A stretch of 62,995 nt of DNA, counting the filler, from Rhabdomonas costata (lineage: Eukaryota): assembly GCA_019059605.1 (NCBI GenBank). It is 48 parts of 48 records of this genome, joined end to end, with 100 filler letters (N's around TTAATTAATTAA, not from the genome) between each part and the next. Parts side by side here need not be neighbours in the genome. Positions count along the whole stretch, not along the records: positions 51,263 to 52,476 come from JAHMHO010023311.1; positions 52,577 to 53,791 come from JAHMHO010023312.1; positions 53,892 to 55,106 come from JAHMHO010023313.1; positions 55,207 to 56,421 come from JAHMHO010023314.1; positions 56,522 to 57,736 come from JAHMHO010023315.1; positions 57,837 to 59,051 come from JAHMHO010023316.1; positions 59,152 to 60,365 come from JAHMHO010023317.1; positions 60,466 to 61,680 come from JAHMHO010023318.1; 40 more parts are not named here. One strand, given 5' to 3'. The translations under genes were made by a program, and so were the position numbers. Shown here piece after piece: positions 52,171 through 62,995 of the stretch. How positions within the stretch are numbered: the first letter of the stretch is position 1; each line of letters opens with the position of its first letter. The notes under the pieces were generated by a model. The model saw nothing but the letters and a program-made list of their open reading frames with translations. It had not been told where the DNA came from and searched no databases.

Positions 52171-52662
52171 CTGCGCCCACACCCACCAGGGGCAAGTCAG
52201 AAAGTCACACACAAGACAGAAGGCTGACGGGTAGACGGTAAATGGATAACGATAATGGAACTTGTGTGTGTTGGCATTCAGATACTACGCATCGTACTGG
52301 AGTTGGAGACGCTGGACTGGACAAGATAGAGGAGGGGCTTCCGGCATACCGAGACCTTTCAGCACCAACAAATGCAACAGAGCATAAAATTTCCGAATAT
52401 TCACTTAGCAAAAGCAACTCTTCCCTCTGCACTGAAGACTGAAGGAAATATCTTCCCCTTCCCCCCACCAACACAANNNNNNNNNNNNNNNNNNNNNNNN
52501 NNNNNNNNNNNNNNNNNNNNTTAATTAATTAANNNNNNNNNNNNNNNNNNNNNNNNNNNNNNNNNNNNNNNNNNNNTATTCAGGGTCTAAGATAGTTTTT
52601 TGTCCTCACCTTCCTATTTTCAGCCGATATTTTCTGGGTCATTCACTCACACTGGTTGACAG

Positions 52663-53018
52663 GAGAGCTTCGAGGTGCTGGTGTCCGCGCTGTACCCGCC
52701 GTTTGCCACAGAGAAGCTCCTGGCAGGGGAGCAGCAGGTCGTCCTGGAAGTACCCGAGGTGTGCATGTGTTTGCTTGTGCGTAGGTGAGGGTGCATTATG
52801 TTCATTTGTGATTGAGAGAAGTGAATATGCCGGATGAATGTTCGCCATCAGTGTGGGTGTTGGCCCGCGTTTATTCTCTTCAGATCGCGATCCTGTTCTC
52901 GGATATTCACAACTTTACCGTGACCCCCAACATGGTCTCTCCTGACGAGCTGCTGGAGTGGCTGGCATATACTTTTGGAGTGATGGACGGGGTGGCTGAG
53001 TACTACCGCATCTACAAA
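52663..53018 (+). CDS. Class III adenylate/guanylate cyclase, linker and start of the catalytic domain (2 exons)
   Basis: Exon 52663-52758 ESFEVLVSALYPPFATEKLLAGEQQVVLEVPE, plus exon 52884-53018 IAILFSDIHNFT...SPDELLEWL...VMDGVAEYYRIYK. Confidence 0.92.
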
Positions 53019-55675
53019 GTCTCTCTTTCCTGTGGCACCTTTTCTGCTGAAGAGGAGATCTACTGGTTTGGTCAAATGGGGCAGTGGTATTTTGGGGTTC
53101 CGCTGACATCAGCAAATAATATTACTGCTGGACCATACCGTCGCTGGGCTGTGGAGGACGAGAGGGAAGTGGATGGGCATGGGCTGAAATTCGCTGTTTT
53201 TGATGGCACGTGAGCTGAGAACGGCAACTCCGTAGAGTGAACTACCACGTAGGAATGGCCCGCCCCCCCAAGTAAAACTGACTTCCCTTCCTCGTCTTCT
53301 TGAGAACGTGCGGGAACTGCTGATGCGTCAAGGGCAGCAAACGTCCTCTGGGTTGCGTGCAGTGGCACATTAATTTATTACCACCACCTTTCAAAAAATC
53401 ATCGGCCCGAGAGCAGCGTCGATGATTGTCATTCCGATTTTCGATTCTGAGTTTTCCTAACCTTCCAATATGCCTCGCACAATCTGTTCGTGGGATTGCC
53501 CTCCTGTTTGTTGGAATCCTTCGTGTGGAGTCCCGCCAGTTAGGGCGATTAGTATCGGTCGCTGCTTGGCTGGTTCCCCCAGGCGCAGCAATAAATGGCC
53601 AGAAAACTTAAGTTTCAGTAGTAAATTAGGAGTTTGGGTTAGGGATAAACTCTGTCCTTTGCCAGTTTGCCCTGAATCTATTGTTTCTCTCCATTTGACG
53701 TGGCATTGGGTAAGGAGTGCGGTAACCGTTCTCACTAGGAAATGAACTTAATTTGCATTAGCGCATTCGGGTCAGCCGATCACAAAAACCCNNNNNNNNN
53801 NNNNNNNNNNNNNNNNNNNNNNNNNNNNNNNNNNNTTAATTAATTAANNNNNNNNNNNNNNNNNNNNNNNNNNNNNNNNNNNNNNNNNNNNGTGGGCGCC
53901 TGTGAGCGCTTCTAGGTTAGCCCCCTTTGTTGGCAAAACAGGAATGTGGGCGCGGCGTGGAGTGATCCTATGTGCAGAAATAAAGGCCGGCGCAGTTCCG
54001 GGGAAAGGGGCCGTCTCGCGCCGCAGCAAAGATGAGCATCCCGATTCCCCCAGCGGCCTTTTATTGCCCGCTTGCGTTCCTGTGCTCTGGGGTGTTCGTG
54101 TTGTGGGTTTTTTGTCCTCACCTCTCGTGTCCGTGGCGACGGGTGTGCTGCAGTTAAGAAGCGACATTATTATCTCGTCATTTAATGGTGGAGGGTTGGG
54201 GGTAGAGTTACAACGTTCCTATCGACGATGAGCAGATTTGGAAAATGAGGGCTGCCATCTTGAGGGAAGCCAAGAAGGGCCATCGGTGTCGTGCGTTATT
54301 GAAGATGTGTGCCTCAAACAAGCGATGCGAAACCAGGACCCAGAAAAATTTGTGAATGCACATGAAGCAACAGGGCTTCCCGTATATTTTTTGAAATGGA
54401 AATGTTTGCTCTGCTGTTGGGTTTCTCCCCCCTTCCCATCGTTTTCTATCATTTTATCGTGAGCACAGCACGAGAATTGAACCGCGTAAGACGTCTGTTT
54501 CGTTTCAATGGGACAAGCGGTCTCTGAAGGGCGCGCTTGCCGAGCTTTGCAACAGAAAAAGTTGCTGCAGAACAGCATGTCGCAAAGCGGGCAAGCACTG
54601 TTACACCGGAGCTCGTCTTAGGAGCGTTTTTATGGAATTATGGAGGTGGGGGTCTGTTTCTAGTGTTCTATTGCATTGCTTTTCCTTTTCCTTTTCCTTT
54701 TTCTTTCACTTGCTTGCCTCGAATCCAATGGATACCGTTCAGCCGCCAGCTCCTCCTGAGCCTGCGGTGTCCATTCCCCCGCTGCCCCTGAAGTCCCTTC
54801 CGCGGTTGGCCTCCACATTTGCGTGCACAGGGCCGCTTCCCAGCGGGCAAGGTTGCTTCTTTCCTCCCTTTTTGTGCACAACTTCGTGATCCTGAGGTGA
54901 TGTTTTGAGTAGGGACGTGCTAAATACACCCGAATGCTGCTCACGGCCTCTCATTACCACTTGGTGGGGGCTGATCTACCAGCAGCCCGGAATGTCGAAG
55001 CTCCATTTCTTTGAGCAAAACAGGGGAAACAGGGAGGGAAACAGCAAAGCAAAGATTCGCCACAACCTGCGCGAAGACACGGCAGGCTTGTTTTCCGTCC
55101 TTGACTNNNNNNNNNNNNNNNNNNNNNNNNNNNNNNNNNNNNNNNNNNNNTTAATTAATTAANNNNNNNNNNNNNNNNNNNNNNNNNNNNNNNNNNNNNN
55201 NNNNNNTCTTCGGCTTCCCTGCGAGAAAGGAAAGGGATAGCATTTCCTGCGAGAGACTCTTCGAAGCAGATAAAGGAGGAAGGTAACCAGCTCTCTGCAG
55301 TTGGGGGAGTCACAGACAAATTACCTGAGCAACAGCTCGGTATTGCTGGGAAAATAAAGATAGATAGCAGCAAAGCCTCTTCACAGGAGACCAATCTGTG
55401 CGAGCAATTCGTTAAGAGAAAGTGCCAAGAGGCATGAGCGCAGACATGCGTGTGAGAATGCAGAAAAAGAGAAATTCAAAAACAAAAAGGTGCCTGCGAT
55501 CCAACGACCCCTCCCAAGCAAGACAGAGGCGGAAACTGGACTTTTGTGAGCGGAAGAGATCATGCGCTTGAGGAAAGGCGGTCCCTTTGCGTATGTTAGT
55601 CTCCGCGCACAGCTTGTAGGCGGCGTAGTGAGGGGTATGAGGGGTGGAAGGTATGAGGGAGGCTCCCCATTTAAC

Positions 55676-56248
55676 CTTTGGGGTAGGTCACGGCGTCATA
55701 CTCGACCAGGAGGGCCTTCTCGCGCTCCAGCAGCTCCTCGGGGTCGTTTTCATCCTCCTCCTCAGACTCATACCTCCGCGGCTGGTGGGGCCGGGGCAAC
55801 CCTCGCTGCATCACCTGTGTGGGAGGTCGGCAGGATGAAACATTTGGAGCAGTGGTATCCCAAAATCAAGTATTTCCCAGACTTTACAGCGTCTGTCTTC
55901 TAGCCCACCATCGTCTCACGCAGTCCAGGGGTTTTCACCCCTTCCAGCAAAGCGGTTGGCGCTCCGCTACAGTTGCTACGTCGAGCGCCGTTGTTGCTGC
56001 TAGACGACGGGCCTGTTCAGCGTGAACAAACGCACGGCTACGCGCCAACCAAACAGGTGTACAGAACTGAAAGGAGAGCACACCGGGCGCGGCGATTTCT
56101 CTCACATTCTCACTGTGTGTGTTTGAGGCGTAGAGGAAGACCTGGGTCATCAGCTTACGCTGCTGCTCCCGACGGGCTTCCTCCTGAGCGCGCTGCTGCG
56201 CGGCAAGGGCCTCGGCATCCTTCTCCAGGGGCAGCTTGTAGCCCCCGT
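55676..56248 (-). CDS. CDC5L: Pre-mRNA splicing factor CDC5L/Cef1 (2 exons, partial)
   Basis: Exons 56248-56142 and 55814-55676: EKDAEALAAQQRAQEEARREQQRKLMTQVMQRGLPRP...EELLEREKALLVEYDAVTYP, matching the Myb_Cef region (V-x-Q-R-x-LPRP). Confidence 0.8.
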
Positions 56249-57483
56249 CTGTGCAGGGATATAGTGGAAAACAACAGGATGCATGGCTGGAACCCTCATC
56301 TGTTGGGTGCCCCTCGCGGGGCTTCACGATATCATCTTCATTTCTGGAGGCACGAATCGAATCACCAATCACAGCAATGAGATGTGCATGGTTTTGAAGG
56401 AGATGCGTTGCACCAAAAACANNNNNNNNNNNNNNNNNNNNNNNNNNNNNNNNNNNNNNNNNNNNTTAATTAATTAANNNNNNNNNNNNNNNNNNNNNNN
56501 NNNNNNNNNNNNNNNNNNNNNGTTATGCTTGTTCTGGCTAATAATGACGCGAGATCCTGAGAGCACGCTGGCAGGCATGTTGAGGCAAATCGTGTTGAAA
56601 CACACTTTCATAACTAGACATCAAAATGCTGTGCTGGTATTCTGCAAGAACCACGTGGAGCCCGTGAGCGCAAAGAAATCGATGAGGTCTGAGGATATCA
56701 CTGGTAACAACATCGTCGATTGAAATCGACTTGTAGGATCATTCTCTTCACGGACACTGGAGTGCACAGCAGTATTTGAAGCGTCACCAAAAGTACATGC
56801 AAGTTCAGCCAGTGCTGCGTGCAAACATTCAAGCTGAGAGTCGGAGGTGAAACCGTCGCCCATATATTCGAATCCGGTGGCAATGTATAATTCGAGTCAG
56901 GTGGCAATTTTGCGAAGCGAAAGCAAGGGTATTGGGGTAGTGCCGTCAAGCAAAGCCGAGGCGTCGGTGGGCGGGAAAACGACTGCGAAACGAAAGCGCC
57001 AAAACGAAAGCGCCACAGTGTATCTGCAGAGGACCTGTATTTTCCTACCCGCCGTCTGTGTGTTTGTGTGAGGAAGCATTGCAACCAACTCAAACCCCCG
57101 AGAGGCAGAGCTGTGAAGAAATTCCCAATGCACAAGAAAATTCTCTTGAAGTAAGTTCCGAGAATGGCGAATGGAGCACAAACCGAAGCAAGGCAAAGAG
57201 GGCAGACTGTTGGACCTTCCGCAGCGATGTAGTGATAGTGTGTCCCATAGTGAATCAGCTCAGCCTTTGGGCACAAGCTGCAGTGCAGATTCGAACCACA
57301 TAGGCTTATGCGGTTGGAACTCGGCGCTTTCGCAGGCAGCAACGCAATGCTTTCCGAGGCTGAAGGCATGCCGACCAGTACACACATGGTGGAGTTCAGC
57401 CCGCTGTAACGTGACGGTGGCAATGCCGAAAAATGAAGCAGTAGGCCTTGGGTCAGCCCTTTTTGGATCGATGTGCATCTCAG

Positions 57484-57594
57484 GTGCAAAAGCAGAAGGA
57501 GTCTTTTGAAAAGCTGGTCTCCGCGCTGTACCCGCCGTTTGCCTCGGAGCGGCTTCTGGCGGGGGATGCCCAAATCGTCGTGGAGGTGCCCAAG
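57484..57594 (+). CDS. Cyclase-linker exon, paralogue of 52663-52758
   Basis: VQKQKESFEKLVSALYPPFASERLLAGDAQIVVEVPK, AG/GT bounded, with the same 3' intron position as its paralogue. Confidence 0.85.
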
Positions 57595-58285
57595 GTAACT
57601 GGCCCCTTTCGTGTGTGCACTGAGGGATGCGCGGTGTTGAACGGTTTTCTGTCGGTAACCCGAAAAGTCCGATTCCACCACCAATACCAGTCAACCAAAG
57701 CCACGGTAGTTGCAAAAAGGGCTGACCCAACCCACCNNNNNNNNNNNNNNNNNNNNNNNNNNNNNNNNNNNNNNNNNNNNTTAATTAATTAANNNNNNNN
57801 NNNNNNNNNNNNNNNNNNNNNNNNNNNNNNNNNNNNGGTGTTGGGGGCCGGAACAGTAGGGATACGGGAAGAGAGTGACATAGCGGAGGTCGCGTGGACA
57901 AGCAGAAGCACCGCAAATATTTGGGGGAGGGGGGCGTCAGCGACAGCTCCCGCAGTATTTTTGACAAGAAAGGGAAGTGATCCGAGGTGCGTCTCAAGCA
58001 AGGATCTGAATAAGGTCTTTTCTGTCAGAGCCACGACTTTCTGCTGTTCTTTGCCTCTGTGAAACGTGTTTCTTGAAAAAACATATGGAGGGAAAGTAAC
58101 TCAGAGTTAGCTCAGTCATCTCGGGGCAAGCGAGTGGAAAAGATTGCAAAAGAAATGGTTTGAGTTCAACTCTCGTTGAAGAAAGTGAGCAGCCCGAAAG
58201 AGAGAGAGCCAGCCGGGACAAGATCATCTACGGCAGTTAATCGCGCAGGGGACAAACACAAATAAGAACCCTCGCACAAACACAC

Positions 58286-59026
58286 CCCGAAGGGGATCAG
58301 CTTCGCCAGCTTCTGCAGCACCATCCCCCGAGGAATACACGGCCCCACCACTGTGAAAGTCCTCTGGGTCCTCGTTCCCATGGGCCCAAAGTAGGCGGGA
58401 CTAAGGCACGAAAAAGAAGTGAAGACTCGGCACACTCTCTGTCTTCCCTGCGAGAAAAACTTTTGGATGGTTTCGGTTTTTGAGCCTTTTGAACACCGAA
58501 AAGTGCAGCAATCACCAGTGGTTTCTGTCCACACATAAGACCAAACATAGCCCCCTCGAAAAAACCTTGTACCAATGGCGCTCTAACACCTTGCGAATTC
58601 AGTCTGTACGGGCGGTGGTGATGTCGGGCATCCTCCCACCCGCAATCGTGCTCCCTCTCAGAGTGTAGCGCAAAGCGGCAAAAATAATAGCAAAGAAATG
58701 CCAGGCCGTAAGTCCAACTGGTGTTTGCCCAAACTATTCGTAGGTTTGGGCACGGTGTGGGGGTGACAGGCACTCTGGCAAACCAACGAACGAAAAAAGG
58801 TGCCCAGTGAGAAAGAGGCTGCTAATGAGTGACTGACAGGTGCCACACACCCTCCCGTGCAGGCCAGGCGGACGCTGACGCCTAGCCTTTGAGTTGCCAA
58901 AAGCAGCTCCTGGGCCGCCGCCACGCACCGCAGGGAGTGGTCCGAGCGGATTGCCCGGACGTTCCAGAAGGCCAGCGCTTTGTCCCCCATAAACGGGGAT
59001 AAAAGCCCCCCGTGAAACTGAATCGC
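58286..59026 (-). CDS. Degenerate class III nucleotide cyclase domain (2 exons)
   Basis: Exon 59026-58851 AIQFHGGLLSPFMGDKALAFWN...DHSLRCVAAA...VRLACTG, plus exon 58400-58286 PAYFGPMGTRTQRTFTVVGPCIPRGMVLQKLAK. Confidence 0.82.
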
Positions 59027-59537
59027 CTGAAGGAAAAAAGGAAAAAACACCNNNNNNNNNNNNNNNNNNNNNNNNNNNNNNNNNNNNNNNNNNNNTTAAT
59101 TAATTAANNNNNNNNNNNNNNNNNNNNNNNNNNNNNNNNNNNNNNNNNNNNTGGTGTGTGGGAACGCCACTTCCGTCCACTTCCGGTGAACCGTTTTGGC
59201 CCACGGTGGGTTCACAAGGTTTTGGTACTCTCCAACCCTGTTGCTCTGTTGCTGAACCTCGGCTGGTTCACCAGTTTTCATTGCGATGACAGGTGTTTTG
59301 TGCTTTTCTGGCATCATTTCAACGGCTTTGTATGGGTGGGGGGCCAGCTTTCTTCCTGCAAGCTGCAGCGTACTTTTGCCAACACACCAATTACAAAATC
59401 GTCATCGGCACATGTTCTCAAAACGAGTCGGTACACCGCCACGATGGCAAAGATCAAGAGCGCCGCATTGAGAGAATACTACAACAGAAAAAGACGCTTG
59501 ACACAGTGTGCGCTTCGGCTTACTCCAAGAACTTCTT

Positions 59538-59980
59538 TCATTTCCACAGCTTGGGCACAGCCTTCAGGGACTCCATCACGCTCTTTTCCACAAGCTCGTC
59601 GGTGAAGATGTCAAGGTGACCGGTGACGACGGCCCCCGGAACACCCTTCCCCTTCAGCTCCTCCAGGGCAGGCACGACTTTAGTGTGGAACTCGTCCAGG
59701 CGGGAGCGGATCTTGGGCTCCGTGTCATCGATCCGGTGGACAACTTCCGTTCCACTGAAAAATGCGGGTCCACAACGAGAGTTAATGAAAAGGTCGGGGA
59801 GGGTGCACCACCACCCTATTCTGGCAATAAGTTGCGAACCAGGCCTTGCAGAACTTTCCGTCCTTCGGGGGCTTGTCCGTGATGTGATACACCTTGCCGC
59901 AAGCAGAGTTGCCGCAGATCCGGCGGCCAACGGTGCGGGAAATGATCCTCTCATCCGTGTTGTCCACCAGAAGGTAGAAG
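59538..59980 (-). CDS. Adenylate kinase, C-terminal two exons with a Cys4 LID domain
   Basis: IISRTVGRRICGNSACGKVYH..KPP....CKAC|GTEVVHRIDDTEPKIRSRLDEFH. GT-AG intron 59839-59755; TGA stop. Confidence 0.93.
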
Positions 59981-60967
59981 CTGCGAGCAATTCCCATTTA
60001 AGAAACACAAGGAAGCAAGGATCCCCACTCTGGGGCCCTTTGGGCTTTGAACCTCAATTTTGAGGCTTAGGGGGTTAGAGAGCGAAGCTGATGCAGCCAC
60101 CGCGCATCCCCACAAAAAGAGATGGGGGTGAACACGTACTCAATAGTGCTGTTGTTTTTCTTCAGCAGGTCGAACAGAAACTTGCCTGAAATGGAGGGGG
60201 AGCACTCAAACTCACCATTCAAAAAACCTACAAAGTATCAAAACAACCACTACTTTGGTCGTCCAGTTACGACGATTACGTCAAAGCATGACGTTGCAAC
60301 CATACCAGTAGTAAGTAGTAATGTTACAAAAAAATACAAATCTGAGACAAGTGCAACCCCAAACCNNNNNNNNNNNNNNNNNNNNNNNNNNNNNNNNNNN
60401 NNNNNNNNNTTAATTAATTAANNNNNNNNNNNNNNNNNNNNNNNNNNNNNNNNNNNNNNNNNNNNGTGGTGGGGTGGGGCAGATCTGCGTGTGGCGTTGA
60501 GCGCATGGTGCGCTGGTGGAGATGATGTCTCTATCCTCGTCTGGCCCCATGATGCAGGTTCTCCAGAAAACAGGGACAACCCATACCGTGCTCGCCTCCG
60601 GAGGCCCTATCACAGCGGTGAAGGTGGTGTTAAAAGGTTTGGTGCATGTGCGGGCACTTCTCCGATCCACCGTCGTGCTACTCAACGGGGGCGATTCCCG
60701 CACATCTCACTCTGTCAGGAGAGTTGAGGGATTTTCGGATTCTCTGGCCTCCTTTCCTAGTTTCGTGCGTCACCCTATGAAAGCTTCAAACATAACAATT
60801 TATCTGTCGCACGCGAGCGCGGGCTCCTGCCCCGTGAAGTAAGTTCTATTCGTCCGAGGAAACGTGCCCAGTGTGGTGGTTTCATCCCGCTGCCAAAATC
60901 CACGAGCTGAGATTCAAACCCCTCCACTCACCCACCCGCCCTCAAAAAACCAACGTAACACACAGAC

Positions 60968-61087
60968 CTGGCTGACCACCGCCTGCTGCAGCTGCCGAAG
61001 CTGCCCCAACCGGGCGGAATCCATGGCCCCCATCGGGGTCGGGCTGCAACTGCTACTGATACTGCTACTGCCACTGCCACTGCCACC

Positions 61088-61122
<35 letters not shown>

Positions 61123-61283
61123 AGGAAGACCAAGAGGAGGGAGAAGCGGAGGACTGAGTGATTGAGGGGGCCCTCCTGAGCCGCACCCCGACCTCCCCAC
61201 AGGGAGAGCGCGTCAGCTCCAGCCGGCTGAGGGATTCCCCCGAGGCGCAGCCCTGCAGCGCGGCCTCCACCGCAAGGACATTG
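60968..61283 (-). CDS. Ser-rich low-complexity exon of a hypothetical protein
   Basis: AG/GT-bounded open frame containing an (AGC)n tract. Confidence 0.45.
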
Positions 61284-62339
61284 CTGAGGGGTGAGGAATA
61301 TTGTGAAGAAGAGAGATATCGCTTATGACTGCAAACAATGCAAAACAAGAATGCAAAGAGCTCGCGCATTCCGTTGCGCAAAAAGCGCGGCTGGATGCGG
61401 CTGAATGCAAGTGCTCTGCTGAACACACACACACTCTCTCTTGTTTGTATTTCCCTAACAGGTTTGGAGGCTGGACTTTTGCGGACTTTGGAACCATGCA
61501 GCCTCCTTCCACACGCACATGCACTCCTTTCAGAGTGTTATTCCATTGACGTGCGCGTTCCGCCTGGCTGACTTCCTGAAGCCAGACGGCTCGATGAGCA
61601 GAGGTCACGGAAGGGTGTCCTCTGCGAGAATTCCGCAACACCTTCTCCTGTTAGCCACGCCCCCTTCATTTCTTCGCACANNNNNNNNNNNNNNNNNNNN
61701 NNNNNNNNNNNNNNNNNNNNNNNNTTAATTAATTAANNNNNNNNNNNNNNNNNNNNNNNNNNNNNNNNNNNNNNNNNNNNTATCTTGAACGCCCCCCCCC
61801 GCCCCAACTGAAGAGTGTTTCGCAATTGCCGTGCTGCGGCGGAGCTCCTGGCCACTGATCCCCTCACTGGGTTTTAAGCAGCTTTGATGGAGAGGAAGGG
61901 ATTAGTATCCCGAGGTCCGACCCTACCCCAACCACCTGTCAAATAATCTCTGTGAGGGCGGAGGGAAAACCCTTATGGCCAAGCCTGAAGAGGGAGAAAC
62001 CTGTGAAGCACGCTGGAGGCAGGAAGTTCTCGTGACCAAAGCCAATTTATGTTTTGTTGGTGCCTACTGTATGGGACCTGCAGGGATGGAACTGGTGTGT
62101 TTTCTTCTTTGACCTAGGGACAGTTGGGTTTGTTTGTTTTTGTTTGTGCGATGAACAGGCAGAGAAGAAAAAACACATACGCACATGACGGAGGACGTGG
62201 ATAAGAAGAATAGCTATTGCTAACCAAAAACGCATACAATCTGAGTCATACCGGTGAATGCCCTAGGAAACATGATTGCATGCCTTATGCACAGAGTGTG
62301 TGTTCATGCCTGTTTGAGAGTGCCCTTCCCTCCTTTCAG

Positions 62340-62960
62340 ACTGTCTGGGGCACCAACCCTTACACTTCGGACTCGGACATCAACGCGGCCGCGGTACACT
62401 GCGGGCTGGTACGCCCGCGGCAGGAGCTCTTCGTGCTGATGCGCGTGCTGTACGCCCCGTGGCTGCCCATTCAGGGCCGTACCTCCAACGGGGTGTCCTC
62501 CCTTCCCTGGCAAAGTTACTGCCCCCTCCGCTACGAGCTGGCTCCTGTAGATGACTTCCTCCTGGAAGGCGTGTATTTGTCCTCCCCCTCCATTTCCTCC
62601 CTTTGTATCTTGAGCGAACGTGTCAGTTCTCGTTTACCCGTTGTGCAAATCGTGAGTCGGTCAGCATCGGATCGCAACATATCGACCACAACCCTCTTTT
62701 CACTTCTTCGCGAATTTTGATGGTTGTTTTCCAGCAAAATGGCAACGGACACCGAATGGCTATTTTTTGTTTGTTGACTGCTCCTGGAAGGGGGAGTTGT
62801 GTGTTAGTGTGTTTGTGTGCTGTTTGTTAGTTTTTCTTACGTCCTGACTTCCTTAGGCCGCCGGTTGCGGTCCAAGTCGCGGCAGGAGTGGAAGCGCACG
62901 GCGGGGCAGTGGAACTTCCCGTACCCCTTCCGTCTCCCCGCCACCGCCACCGCGGCCTAA
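62340..62960 (+). CDS. LCCL-domain protein, last two exons
   Basis: TVWGTNPYTSDSDINAAAVHCG...GRTSNGVSSLPW carries the LCCL motifs. Exons 62340-62568 and 62857-62960 (TAA). Confidence 0.85.
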
Positions 62961-62995
62961 GGAAGTCAGGACGTAAGAAAGACTAAAAAACCCAC

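Noticed and set aside
56698..57684. 328-aa minus-strand ORF
   Set aside because: No motif, and it is antisense to a well-supported cyclase-linker exon; probably a shadow ORF.
44691..59026. Kinase, receiver and cyclase genes as a physical cluster
   Set aside because: They lie on separate contigs grouped by length, so adjacency is artificial.
1217..61780. Regularly spaced TTAATTAATTAA as a CRISPR-like or biological repeat
   Set aside because: Always centred in 88 N; it is a synthetic all-frame-stop linker.
1..62995. Alternative genetic code
   Set aside because: No in-frame stops in any conserved exon. TGA (adenylate kinase) and TAA (LCCL gene) act as terminators.

Overview
This window is not continuous DNA. 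It is 48 unrelated contigs of about 1.2 kb (1204-1217 bp), joined by 47 artificial 100-bp linkers (44 N + TTAATTAATTAA + 44 N), so neighbourhood across linkers means nothing. The DNA is eukaryotic and nuclear: short exons rich in G/C at third codon positions, spliceosomal introns of about 120-720 nt, and a standard genetic code wherever I could test it. It probably comes from a flagellated protist, since it has IFT144/WDR19, CDC5L, MAT1, P5C dehydrogenase and adenylate kinase. A euglenozoan is a plausible but unproven guess. G/T-only contig starts and six fold-back hairpins indicate whole-genome amplification with G/T-degenerate primers. The main biological signals are: (1) a dense sensory repertoire, with class III nucleotide cyclase fragments in 5 of 48 contigs (one catalytically degenerate, two paralogous), two histidine-kinase/receiver fragments and a probable pentameric ligand-gated channel domain; (2) an apparently high share of GC-AG introns (3 of about 33 donors resolved); (3) a tandem-domain YjbQ protein and an intron-bounded, bacterial-looking GNAT. 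No complete multi-gene system, RNA gene or CRISPR array can be supported. All family calls are motif recognition by eye, not database searches.
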